Source: Saprospiraceae bacterium
GTDB lineage: Bacteria > Bacteroidota > Bacteroidia > Chitinophagales > Saprospiraceae
DNA: 64,000 nt
Reading direction: 5' to 3'
Assembly: GCA_020631235.1 (NCBI GenBank)
Contig: JAHDHQ010000003.1
Coordinates: forward strand, 46,450-110,449
Below, piece after piece: positions 57,601 to 64,000 of the stretch (position 1 is its first letter; each line of letters begins with the position of its first letter). The notes under the pieces are model-generated. The model was not told the DNA's origin. It made no database searches and saw nothing but the letters and a program-made list of their open reading frames with translations. The position numbers and the translations under genes are program-made.

Positions 57601-59203
57601 TAAGGAAGAAGATAAGAGTAAGAATGATCGATCAAAAGATCGCAAAAAGAAAGAAAAAGAAGTAAGCACCTTTGAAAAAATTGCTGTGCGTCCTCTATTT
57701 CTCCTAAGAAATATTAAGTTTCAGTACAAAGAAGATTTTTCCACTTTAATTCCTGGTTTCATGCCTTCAACCAGCTTGTTGGGAATGGATCGAGAATTTG
57801 TCGCACCAGGGTGGGATTTTGTTTCGGGAATCCAACCTGACTTAACCTATCGTTCAAAAGACAATTGGTTATACGGTGCCGCGGAAAATGGCTGGATTAA
57901 CGAAAGCTTGTCGCTCAATCAACAAATCCAAACAAGCAGAAGGCAAAGTATGGACTTAAATGTGGAGTTAGAACCATGGAAAGGATTTGATATTGACTTA
58001 AACATGACTAAGCGATTTAATTATCGACATAATGAAGAGTTTAGAAAGAAAGGCTCGACAGGTCAAGTGGAAGATGATTGGATACAGTTAGCCCAAATCG
58101 AAAATGGTTCTTTTGAGATGTCTTACTTTGCCTTAAACACCTTATTTGGCAACAGAACAGAAGAATTGTTCAATACATTTATAGACAATACAGCTATCGT
58201 ATCCGAAAATTATGAATACGAATCTGGCAGTACAGTGCCTAATGAGAATGATCCACATACTCAGAATGACAATAATCCAGGATATACCTATGGCTTAGGT
58301 AAGTTAAATAACGAAATTATCATACCTGCATTTATAGCGGCTTACACAGAAACAGATCCAACAAACTCTTCTCAAGTGGATTACATCATGAATCCACGTA
58401 ATGATTGGAAGTTTTTACCTAAACCGAACTGGAAAGTCTCGTATAATGGATTAAGTAAATTACCATGGTTTAGAGATCGCTTAAAAAGCTTTAAAATCGA
58501 CCACGGATATCAATCGACATTGACCATAAACAATTACAACTTAAATCCTGAGTACAATATTGAAGACCCATATGCTGAAATAAGAGAAGTAAATGGAAAC
58601 TATTTTACCCGTTGGGAAATACCAGAAATTGTGATAACCGAACAGTTTTCACCTATAGTTGGGTTTTCTCTAAAAACATTAAATGATTATACCTTAGACT
58701 TCCAATATAAGAAGTCTAGAAACTTAGCTTTATCTACAGCGGTAGGCGAACTAAGAGAAAGTAGAAGTACGGATTTTGTTTTTGGGACGGGTATGATACT
58801 AGAAGACATAAATATTGGCTTCTTAACAGGTGATCGAAAAGGTAAAAAGAAGAAGAAAACTAACGAGAAAGATGGTAAAGACGTTTTGGGCGCTCTTGGA
58901 TCAGGGAGACAGGGACGAGGTATTAATAATAACAAGCCAAGAACCTTGACGCTTAATCTTGATTTCTCTTATAGAGATACGGATGAAATGATTCATGATA
59001 TTTTGACCGAAAACCCTACGGAAGAGTCGGTTAGAGGATCTACCATTATCATTTTAAGTCCAAGTGCCGAATACGCGATCACAAATCAGCTATCATTAAG
59101 ATACTATTTTGATTATAGCAATAATAAACCTAAAAACAGAGCAACATTTGAAACCACTTCTATAGAAACAGGTTTCGTAGTAAGATTTAAATTGGACTAC
59201 TAG
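51602..59203 (+). CDS. sprA: T9SS translocon / gliding motility protein SprA (Sov)
   Basis: 2533 aa with a signal peptide. Giant beta-barrel composition throughout. The conserved N-terminal region (IKERFGDFINDPSDNPFD...) and size are typical of Bacteroidota SprA. From memory, it sits next to ruvA as in many Flavobacteriia. Confidence 0.9.
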   Translation: MNQMKVVYGFLMFLIPIVSVQAANIEDFVKSPYLKQEVSQIDTIPIKERFGDFINDPSDNPFDIYPSEIKQTVEYDPETDQYIITEMIGDEFFRPPTYLTFDEYLEWKAEQDQKNYFSKLSGINSGDRGNSGLVDPMSKINIEKKLADRLFGGNGISIKPQGNVDVKIGMDYFRTKNDFLTPQQQRSFGFDFQPDIKINIDGNIGDKMNLGFNYDTQASFDFDRKINLVYDSEEFTEDDILKRVEAGNVSLPLRGSLIQGAQSLFGLKTVLQFGHLTLTGIASQQQSERKQLSIQNGASVKEFEIRPDEYDENRHFFISHYHRNAYTQALSNLPQIRNNFRVANIQVWISDDQQNYQENSTKIVAIADLGEGVDSLLDDPSANYMVNPAPSAIMVDANGNILPDNRANDLYENRLETDELARRSEFTNTQLTTEYGMTQINGYELYRGRLLNPNEYTFNAELGFISLNVKLQPNQVLGVAYQYYYTANCDEVYKVGEMATDALSPNTREDEEEQETESVLYVKMLKSTNQQPNSKMWDLMMKNVYPLRTSQLTKDDFVFDIFYEDDQTARIKKFLPIKGLENTPLLNVFNLDRLNSQNDPQPDGVFDFAPGITVLPRNGTIIFPVLEPFGRDLDAALPPGIPKEAVDSLRYNQLYDLSITNAREYLHLNKFVMLGKYKSDVSSEISLGSWNIPRGENSVIVRAGGKVLREGQDYEIDYGIGRLRILNEAYLQQGVPITVDFEDNSFFNVQQKTMLGLRADYAVSDQLSLGATYLKLRERPLTQKVNIGDDPINNRIFGFDVNYTTETPWMTKALDRLPIYSTKEPSQIKMVGEVAALLPGHSKAINLNDDKGGVVNIDDFEGAVSGLPLGTQPLRWILASVPSERDEYLAPDLASGYNRAALSWYVIDPLARQGVIETSYTRPVAPTELFNRTLLPSDFPDLRTFDLTYDPKTRGPYNFDRLEGSDHSSGVEVVDGEIELKDPETRWAGIMTYMNNSDFEATNYEFIDFWLLNPFMDTTNTFDGEAGKLVFHLGNVSEDVLGDNIQFYENSIPVDPESETPIRDTPFGKVPLVVPNNLIGFDNDSREIQDVGFDGLNNAQEFNYFEDYVEEMDMAGASVFNDPSNDDWIYYDNPALSNETNLLERYKRFNAPEGNTPDGNLNERGNPYPEKEELNGNASLDQGESYYKYEIDLINDGNEIDSLATDYISDKKSIPFTDANGVLQEEIWYRFQIPIRDLENLEIVNDIAGFRSIQFMRMIVEGFSEQKTFRMAELELVRSQWRTLLEVCSGDPNPPEFNLDIVSIQENTRKTPYPYVLPKGIKQEILQSSFANVEQDERSVSLNFCEFDQTICEPAIYKLTELDLRVFDKLQMFVHAEQDEINGLDFFDGDLSLIVKIGKDFVSNYYEYEIPLEVTDEDLSVGGISPDSVVAVVWKENNFLDLQLSDLTDLKLARNADPTSSPTVFYEGSPSLKPDHKIGIIGNPNLGFIKGISIGLRLNNTDIVGTEGICGEVWVNELRAVGFEERGGVASVARVDWQLADLGNVTVSGKYNSIGWGALDQKLDERLKEEIIEYDAATNLELGKFFPQKWNVRVPFYAQYARSISNPQFDPFDLDLTLEEKLASQPSKRDSIKNTAQDVTTIKTINFINVRKEKSRGGPKGGKNGPISLGGKNTKPGSADPAGKGAVATKGGNALQNKPKPQRNYPWDISNFSVSYAYTETDKRDPLLEFDNTKEYKAGLDYTYKPKAKSITPFKKMVKSDYLKLIKEFNFSPIPSSFSFTTDMNRRLKNRRFRLPVQPVFEFDERFFTWERRYNLNWDFAKALKLKFNATNMSFIDEYRQTGIQADPVDREWINEVGDTVTEIVRENENQVKEYWQNNLRDGGRNTKYNHQAILSYNVPFKYIPFMQWISVKAQYKADYSWISGPLIDIEPGNPELVLPGAIIQNGQNRSATATFDFNKLYKKSKYLKNLDKIDKSKNTKSKSKNKKKTRDKDDKKEDDKEEDKSKNDRSKDRKKKEKEVSTFEKIAVRPLFLLRNIKFQYKEDFSTLIPGFMPSTSLLGMDREFVAPGWDFVSGIQPDLTYRSKDNWLYGAAENGWINESLSLNQQIQTSRRQSMDLNVELEPWKGFDIDLNMTKRFNYRHNEEFRKKGSTGQVEDDWIQLAQIENGSFEMSYFALNTLFGNRTEELFNTFIDNTAIVSENYEYESGSTVPNENDPHTQNDNNPGYTYGLGKLNNEIIIPAFIAAYTETDPTNSSQVDYIMNPRNDWKFLPKPNWKVSYNGLSKLPWFRDRLKSFKIDHGYQSTLTINNYNLNPEYNIEDPYAEIREVNGNYFTRWEIPEIVITEQFSPIVGFSLKTLNDYTLDFQYKKSRNLALSTAVGELRESRSTDFVFGTGMILEDINIGFLTGDRKGKKKKKTNEKDGKDVLGALGSGRQGRGINNNKPRTLTLNLDFSYRDTDEMIHDILTENPTEESVRGSTIIILSPSAEYAITNQLSLRYYFDYSNNKPKNRATFETTSIETGFVVRFKLDY

Positions 59204-59213
59204 TGGTCCAATT

Positions 59214-60836
59214 TTAATCTTCCTCTATAAATATTTGTTCAAATTTGGGACTAAAACTACTGGGATCTGCCATGGCAATAAGCTCTTTCCAATCGTCAGG
59301 AGTACTCTCAGGATTTAATAAACAACCTTCTGTGATATACGGATACAATTTTACATAGGAAGAAGATTGTGCAGTCGAAATGCGTCGATGTACGTGCCTT
59401 CTGTTTATTTTATCTGGATGATCAATACCGGCTGCAGCCATTAACTCTACAAAACTTTTTATGGTCTCGTGATGGTAACTGGCTACTCTCAGTTTTTTAT
59501 CTTCTACCACTAAGCCTTTCATCAATTCTGGATCTTGTGTAGCCACACCCGTAGGACAAGTATTAGAGTTACATTCTAAGGCTTGAATACAGCCTACAGC
59601 CATCATCATTGCTCTTGCACTGTAGGTAGCATCTGCTCCTAGTGAAATAGCTCTGAAAATATCGAAGCCAGACACAATTTTACCAGAAGCAATAAGCGTG
59701 ATTTCTTTTTTGATGTTAAAGCCGATTAAGGTATTATATACAAATGCTAAACCTTCTCTGTATGGCATACCTACAGAGTTACTAAACTCCAAAGGCGCAG
59801 CTCCAGTACCACCTTCTGCTCCATCTACACTGATAAAATCTGGCTTTATACCAGTAGTCAGCATGGCCTTACAAATAGCAACAAATTCAGACTTTTGTCC
59901 TATACAAAGTTTAAATCCAACGGGTTTGCCACCGGATAAATCTTGACATTTTTTTATAAAACGCAGTAAGCCTTCGGGCGTATTAAATGCTTTATGATAG
60001 GGTGGAGAAAGCACATCTTTATTAGGTTCAATGTTGCGAATCTTAGCAATTTCTGGGGTAGCTTTTTTGGCTGGTAAAATCCCGCCATGACCTGGTTTAG
60101 CTCCTTGAGATAATTTAATTTCTATCATCTTTACATTAGGTTCGGCAGTTCTTTGAGCAAATAACTCATCCGAAAAATTTCCATCTTTCGTCCTGCATCC
60201 AAAATATCCAGTGCCAATCTGATAAATTAAATCACCACCAAATTTGTTATGATATTCTGAAATCCCGCCTTCACCAGTATTGTGCGCAAAGTTGCCGATT
60301 TTTGCCCCGCCATTAAGTGCCATTACTGCGTTTTTACTTAAAGAGCCAAAGCTCATCGCAGAGACATTAAATAGACTGGCACTATAAGGTTGTTTGCAGT
60401 TGTTTCCCCCGATTAAAACCCTAGGATCTTCTTCTAAATCATGATGATCTTTGGCTGCTATAGAATGTTCCATCCATTCGTATCCTTCATCATAAACATT
60501 GAGTTGGGTTCCAAATGGAGCGGTGTCTAAAACTTTCTTTGCCCGCTGATAAACAATATTTCTATTGATACGACTAAAAGGCCTTCCATCCGTATCAGAC
60601 TCTATAAAATACTGATACAACTTCGGTCTTAGCCATTCCGCAATGTATCTAGATCGACCTAATATTGGAAAATTTCGAGCGATTGCATGCTTAGTCTGGA
60701 AAGCATCGTACCAAGCCAATAGGAGTAATGGAGCAAGTCCTAATAAAACCCAGAGCCAGGAAGTACTGACTAAAAAACCGAGAGTGAGCAATGTTGCTAC
60801 CACTAAAAAACTAAGTATAAGTACTTGTGAACGCAT
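59214..60836 (-). CDS. FMN-binding glutamate synthase family protein (GltB domain-2-like), membrane-anchored
   Basis: Two N-terminal TM helices. The catalytic region has GAMSFGSLS, KLSQGAKPGHGG, DGAEGGTGAAP and GKI.SGFD motifs of the glutamate-synthase FMN domain family. Confidence 0.85.
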   Translation of the reverse strand: MRSQVLILSFLVVATLLTLGFLVSTSWLWVLLGLAPLLLLAWYDAFQTKHAIARNFPILGRSRYIAEWLRPKLYQYFIESDTDGRPFSRINRNIVYQRAKKVLDTAPFGTQLNVYDEGYEWMEHSIAAKDHHDLEEDPRVLIGGNNCKQPYSASLFNVSAMSFGSLSKNAVMALNGGAKIGNFAHNTGEGGISEYHNKFGGDLIYQIGTGYFGCRTKDGNFSDELFAQRTAEPNVKMIEIKLSQGAKPGHGGILPAKKATPEIAKIRNIEPNKDVLSPPYHKAFNTPEGLLRFIKKCQDLSGGKPVGFKLCIGQKSEFVAICKAMLTTGIKPDFISVDGAEGGTGAAPLEFSNSVGMPYREGLAFVYNTLIGFNIKKEITLIASGKIVSGFDIFRAISLGADATYSARAMMMAVGCIQALECNSNTCPTGVATQDPELMKGLVVEDKKLRVASYHHETIKSFVELMAAAGIDHPDKINRRHVHRRISTAQSSSYVKLYPYITEGCLLNPESTPDDWKELIAMADPSSFSPKFEQIFIEED

Positions 60837-60920
60837 AAAAAAGCTTTAAAGCAATATATAAAATAAAGACGAACCAAAGATTTAATTGAAACACTAAAAC
60901 ATATTATGTATTTTTATAAT

Positions 60921-61823
60921 ATGAATTGGAGTAGTGCCATTTTAGGGTTCAAATCCTATATCATGTTAGAACGGTCGATGTCTGTTAATTCTGTAGAAGC
61001 TTACCAAGCAGATGTAGAAAAATTAGCACAATTCGCTGAGCAAACATTAGGTAAATCAAGTGTGCAAGAAATTGTCCATAGCGATATCGAACATTTTTTG
61101 GGGTTTATACATGATCTTGGTCTAAATAGTCGATCTCAGGCGCGTATTTTATCGGGTATTAGAGCCTTTTATAAGTATTTAGTTTTAGAAGATATTATCA
61201 AAGATGATCCAGTAGAATTAATAGAAAGTCCTAAGCTCCCAAAGAAAATTCCTGATGTTTTAAGCAAAGAAGAGATTGATCGATTAATTGCTGCCATTGA
61301 CTTAAGTCATCCACAAGGACACAGAAACAAAGCCATTATTGAAACTTTATATGGATGCGGATTGCGCGTTACTGAGTTAACACAATTAAAGTTGTCTAAT
61401 ATTTTTAGAGATTTATCCTATCTACGCGTCATTGGAAAAGGCAATAAAGAACGCTTAATTCCCATTGCACCCTTTACATTAAAGCATATCGACTATTATG
61501 TAAATCACGATAGAAGCCATATGGACATAAAGCCAGGATTTGAAGATTTTGTATTTCTAAACCGCAGGGGAAAATCATTAACTAGAGTTATGATTTTTAC
61601 CATTATCAAACAACTGGTCGCTAAATCAGGTATTCAAAAAAAAGTAAGTCCACATACTTTTAGACATTCTTTTGCCACACATTTGGTGGAGGCTGGAGCT
61701 GATTTACGGGCTATACAAGAAATGTTAGGTCATGAATCCATCCTAACTACTGAAATCTATACACATCTAGATAATAGCTTTCTTAAGGATACATTATACA
61801 GATATCACCCAATGGCACGTTGA
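60921..61823 (+). CDS. xerD: site-specific tyrosine recombinase XerD
   Basis: An N-terminal SAM-like domain (F..Y...ERS.S.NS..AY) and the catalytic R...HxxR...Y set (GLRVTEL, HTFRHSFATHL, LGHESILTTEIYTH). Confidence 0.88.
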   Translation: MNWSSAILGFKSYIMLERSMSVNSVEAYQADVEKLAQFAEQTLGKSSVQEIVHSDIEHFLGFIHDLGLNSRSQARILSGIRAFYKYLVLEDIIKDDPVELIESPKLPKKIPDVLSKEEIDRLIAAIDLSHPQGHRNKAIIETLYGCGLRVTELTQLKLSNIFRDLSYLRVIGKGNKERLIPIAPFTLKHIDYYVNHDRSHMDIKPGFEDFVFLNRRGKSLTRVMIFTIIKQLVAKSGIQKKVSPHTFRHSFATHLVEAGADLRAIQEMLGHESILTTEIYTHLDNSFLKDTLYRYHPMAR

Positions 61824-61848
61824 GGAATTAGCTTTTGTATCTTTGATT

Positions 61849-63429
61849 ATGCTCAGAAAATTAGGTATTTTATTATTCATCATAGTTTGCATTATTTCTT
61901 GTGCCCGCATTACAGGAAATATTGAAGGTGGTCCAGAAGATACGATGGCTCCCATGCTCGACGAAAGTAAGTCAAGCCCTAATTTCCAAAAAAACTTTAC
62001 AGCTGCTCCGTTGACTTTTTACTTTGATGAATGGCTACAAATAAAAAATCAAAACAACATTTTAGTTTCTCCTCCATTAAAGTATAAGCCTAATATTGAG
62101 CTAAGAGGCAAGAAATTGACTTTTGAGTTTAACGAAGCCGAAATCTTGGAAGACAGTACCACTTATGTGATCAATTTTGGAGAGAGTATTGTAGATTTTA
62201 CAGAAGGAAACCCCGTTGAAGATTTTAGATTTGTTTTTTCCACTGGCGACGAAATCGATTCTTTGTTCATACAAGGAAGGCTTAAAGATGTGTTAACCAA
62301 TGAGCCTGTGGAAGGAATTTTAGTTTGTTTGTATGATACTTTACGCGATTCTATTGTTCTCCAACAAAGGCCACTTTATATAACTAAAACAAATAAAGCT
62401 GGAGAGTTTAGTTTATCAAATTTGAGAGAAGATACCTTTCAGTTATTTGCCATCGAGGATAATTTCAACTATAAATTTGACCCACCCGGCGAACGGATAG
62501 CCTTTTTAGATAGCACTATTTATTTAAAAGAAGACTCTCTTGCGCCTATTTACGAATTAGATCTGTTTTTAATGGATGATTATAGGGTGTTGAGTCACTC
62601 GTTTAAGAAAGCAAATCGACTTTCTTTAAGTTTAAGTAATCAGCCTGATTCTATTGCATTTATAAACCCATCAATCCAAAGTATATATCAGGAAAGTGTA
62701 AAAGATTCTTTTCACATCTGGTATACTTTTAAAGAGCCTGTAATGGATAGTTTTATCATCCTGCACAACGATATTGGTCAAGTACTCGATACCTTGAGGT
62801 GGAAAGAGTCTAATGCAAAAGATTCCCTACAATTGGCTAACAAGAAAAAAAATAAGTTGCTAAATATTAATCCAAACAGCAGTTTGAGCTTTGATTATAA
62901 TCTACCAATATTTATTGCTGATACAAGTTTGATTTCTCTTCAGGATACGTTCAATGCTGAGGCATCTTATGAGCCTATGACGACCGGTAAAAAATTGAAC
63001 ATATTGGTTGCACTTAAGGACAAGACAGATTATAATTTAAGTGTTTTGCCAGGTGCATTAGTGGATATTTATGGTCAAACTAATGATAGTTTGGTTCTAG
63101 AACTAAACACAGCTACACAAGAAGATTTTGGAAATTTGCACATTGACTTTATATCATCAAATGACTCTGTTAATTATTTGTTTCAGCTGCGTAAAGGCGA
63201 AAACACCATTGAAGAATTTAGCTTAGCATCTTCTGAAGTCAAGGATTTTAAACACATCCAACCGGGTAAATACAATTTAAGAATAATAGAAGATAGTAAT
63301 GGTAATGGGCGTTGGGATTCTGGTGATTGGTTTGAAAAGAGACAAGCAGAAAAAATTAAAATTATAGAAGTAGAAGAAATTAGGGCTAATTGGGATGTGG
63401 AATTAAGTATAGATTGGGATATATTGTAA
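61849..63429 (+). CDS. hypothetical lipoprotein with Ig-like/carboxypeptidase-regulatory-like beta-sandwich domains
   Basis: Lipobox IISCARI. The N-terminal region ([10 protein letters not shown]...) resembles SbsA-type Ig-like domains. A central segment reads [18 protein letters not shown]. Confidence 0.6.
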   Translation: MLRKLGILLFIIVCIISCARITGNIEGGPEDTMAPMLDESKSSPNFQKNFTAAPLTFYFDEWLQIKNQNNILVSPPLKYKPNIELRGKKLTFEFNEAEILEDSTTYVINFGESIVDFTEGNPVEDFRFVFSTGDEIDSLFIQGRLKDVLTNEPVEGILVCLYDTLRDSIVLQQRPLYITKTNKAGEFSLSNLREDTFQLFAIEDNFNYKFDPPGERIAFLDSTIYLKEDSLAPIYELDLFLMDDYRVLSHSFKKANRLSLSLSNQPDSIAFINPSIQSIYQESVKDSFHIWYTFKEPVMDSFIILHNDIGQVLDTLRWKESNAKDSLQLANKKKNKLLNINPNSSLSFDYNLPIFIADTSLISLQDTFNAEASYEPMTTGKKLNILVALKDKTDYNLSVLPGALVDIYGQTNDSLVLELNTATQEDFGNLHIDFISSNDSVNYLFQLRKGENTIEEFSLASSEVKDFKHIQPGKYNLRIIEDSNGNGRWDSGDWFEKRQAEKIKIIEVEEIRANWDVELSIDWDIL

Positions 63430-63433
63430 AATT

Positions 63434-64000
63434 ATGAAGTTAAGAGCTGAAAAATTAATCAAGGTTTATGGACAACGTAGAGTCGTCAATGAGGTATCTA
63501 TCGAGGTAAATAGAGGTGAGATTGTAGGTTTATTAGGTCCTAACGGAGCAGGAAAAACAACTACTTTTTATATGGTTGTCGGTTTTGTAAAACCTAATGA
63601 AGGACAAGTATATTTAGACGATTTAGAAATAACCAGTTTTCCCATGTACAAGAGGGCAAGGCATGGCATCGGCTACTTGCCGCAAGAACCTTCGGTCTTT
63701 AGAAAATTATCTGTCGAAGATAATATTGCAGGCATTTTGGAAATGACAAAATTGAACAAAACCGAACAAAAAGAAAAACTAGAATCACTTATCGAAGAAT
63801 TTGGTTTGGAGAAAGTGCGAAAAAATATGGGTGATAGCTTATCCGGTGGCGAACGACGAAGAACAGAAATTGCCAGAGCACTCGCCTCTAATCCAAGTTT
63901 CATATTGCTTGACGAACCCTTTGCAGGAATCGATCCCATTGCTGTAGAAGACATACAATATATCGTCGCAAAACTTAAGGAAAAGGATATAGGAATTTTA
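63434..64000 (+). CDS. lptB: LPS export ABC transporter ATP-binding protein; partial, runs off the window
   Basis: [45 protein letters not shown] and [12 protein letters not shown] match LptB closely. Confidence 0.92.
   Translation, partial: MKLRAEKLIKVYGQRRVVNEVSIEVNRGEIVGLLGPNGAGKTTTFYMVVGFVKPNEGQVYLDDLEITSFPMYKRARHGIGYLPQEPSVFRKLSVEDNIAGILEMTKLNKTEQKEKLESLIEEFGLEKVRKNMGDSLSGGERRRTEIARALASNPSFILLDEPFAGIDPIAVEDIQYIVAKLKEKDIGIL

Noticed and set aside
57433-57669. Antisense 78-aa ORF, and similar antisense ORFs at 56473-56694 and 58687-58935
   Set aside because: They are mirror images of the K/E/G-rich low-complexity inserts of sprA, giving L/F/S-rich nonsense. This is a codon-composition artefact. 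The same reasoning applies to the other short antisense ORFs inside recognised genes listed in the track.
60921-61823. Tyrosine recombinase as a possible marker of an integrated mobile element
   Set aside because: The sequence and length fit chromosomal XerD. The flanking genes (lptB, sprA, a glutamate-synthase-like gene) are core. There is no tRNA, direct repeat, transposase or phage gene nearby.
1-64000. Scan for CRISPR arrays, tRNA/rRNA/tmRNA/RNase P/SRP RNA hallmarks, tandem repeats and insertion sequences
   Set aside because: I saw no regularly spaced direct repeats, no GGTTCGAATCC-type T-arms in a tRNA context, no conserved RNase P or SRP motifs, and no transposase-like ORF. This was a by-eye scan, so short or degenerate elements could have been missed.

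Overview
AT-rich Bacteroidota chromosomal segment. The phylum call rests on the type IX secretion translocon gene sprA, a T9SS C-terminal sorting domain on one secreted protein, TPR/LytTR two-component genes, a fused MurF-Alr gene, and recurrent TAnnTTTG '-7' promoter boxes. Coding density is very high: about 47 protein genes, many with overlapping stop and start codons. I found no rRNA, tRNA, CRISPR array, transposase or prophage. Most of the content is housekeeping. It includes a metal-uptake operon with a DtxR/MntR regulator, ribA, rsgA and a GGGP-synthase family gene. It also includes two B12-dependent acyl-CoA mutases (a single-chain MutA-MutB-like methylmalonyl-CoA mutase and IcmF), hmgA-fahA, glpK, recQ, rlmD and pth. 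The remaining housekeeping genes are three SurA/PpiD-type chaperone genes, murF-alr, purD, ruvA, sprA, xerD and lptB. I do not see a clear-cut new system such as a defence island or toxin cassette. The best candidates for undescribed biology are these: (1) a tightly coupled four-gene operon at 38007-41627 (class-V PLP enzyme with an RR motif, VanZ-like membrane protein, DinB-fold protein, radical SAM/SPASM enzyme) with no visible substrate gene; (2) a 519-bp convergent intergenic gap at 42250-42768 holding an orphan strong terminator and a 26-codon ORF; (3) a murF-alr gene whose conserved N-terminus lies upstream of any ATG/GTG/TTG and in frame with the purD stop codon; (4) a metal ABC operon with no permease gene and a C-terminally membrane-anchored binding protein. 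All functional calls come from motif recognition by eye on the translations. No database search was run.
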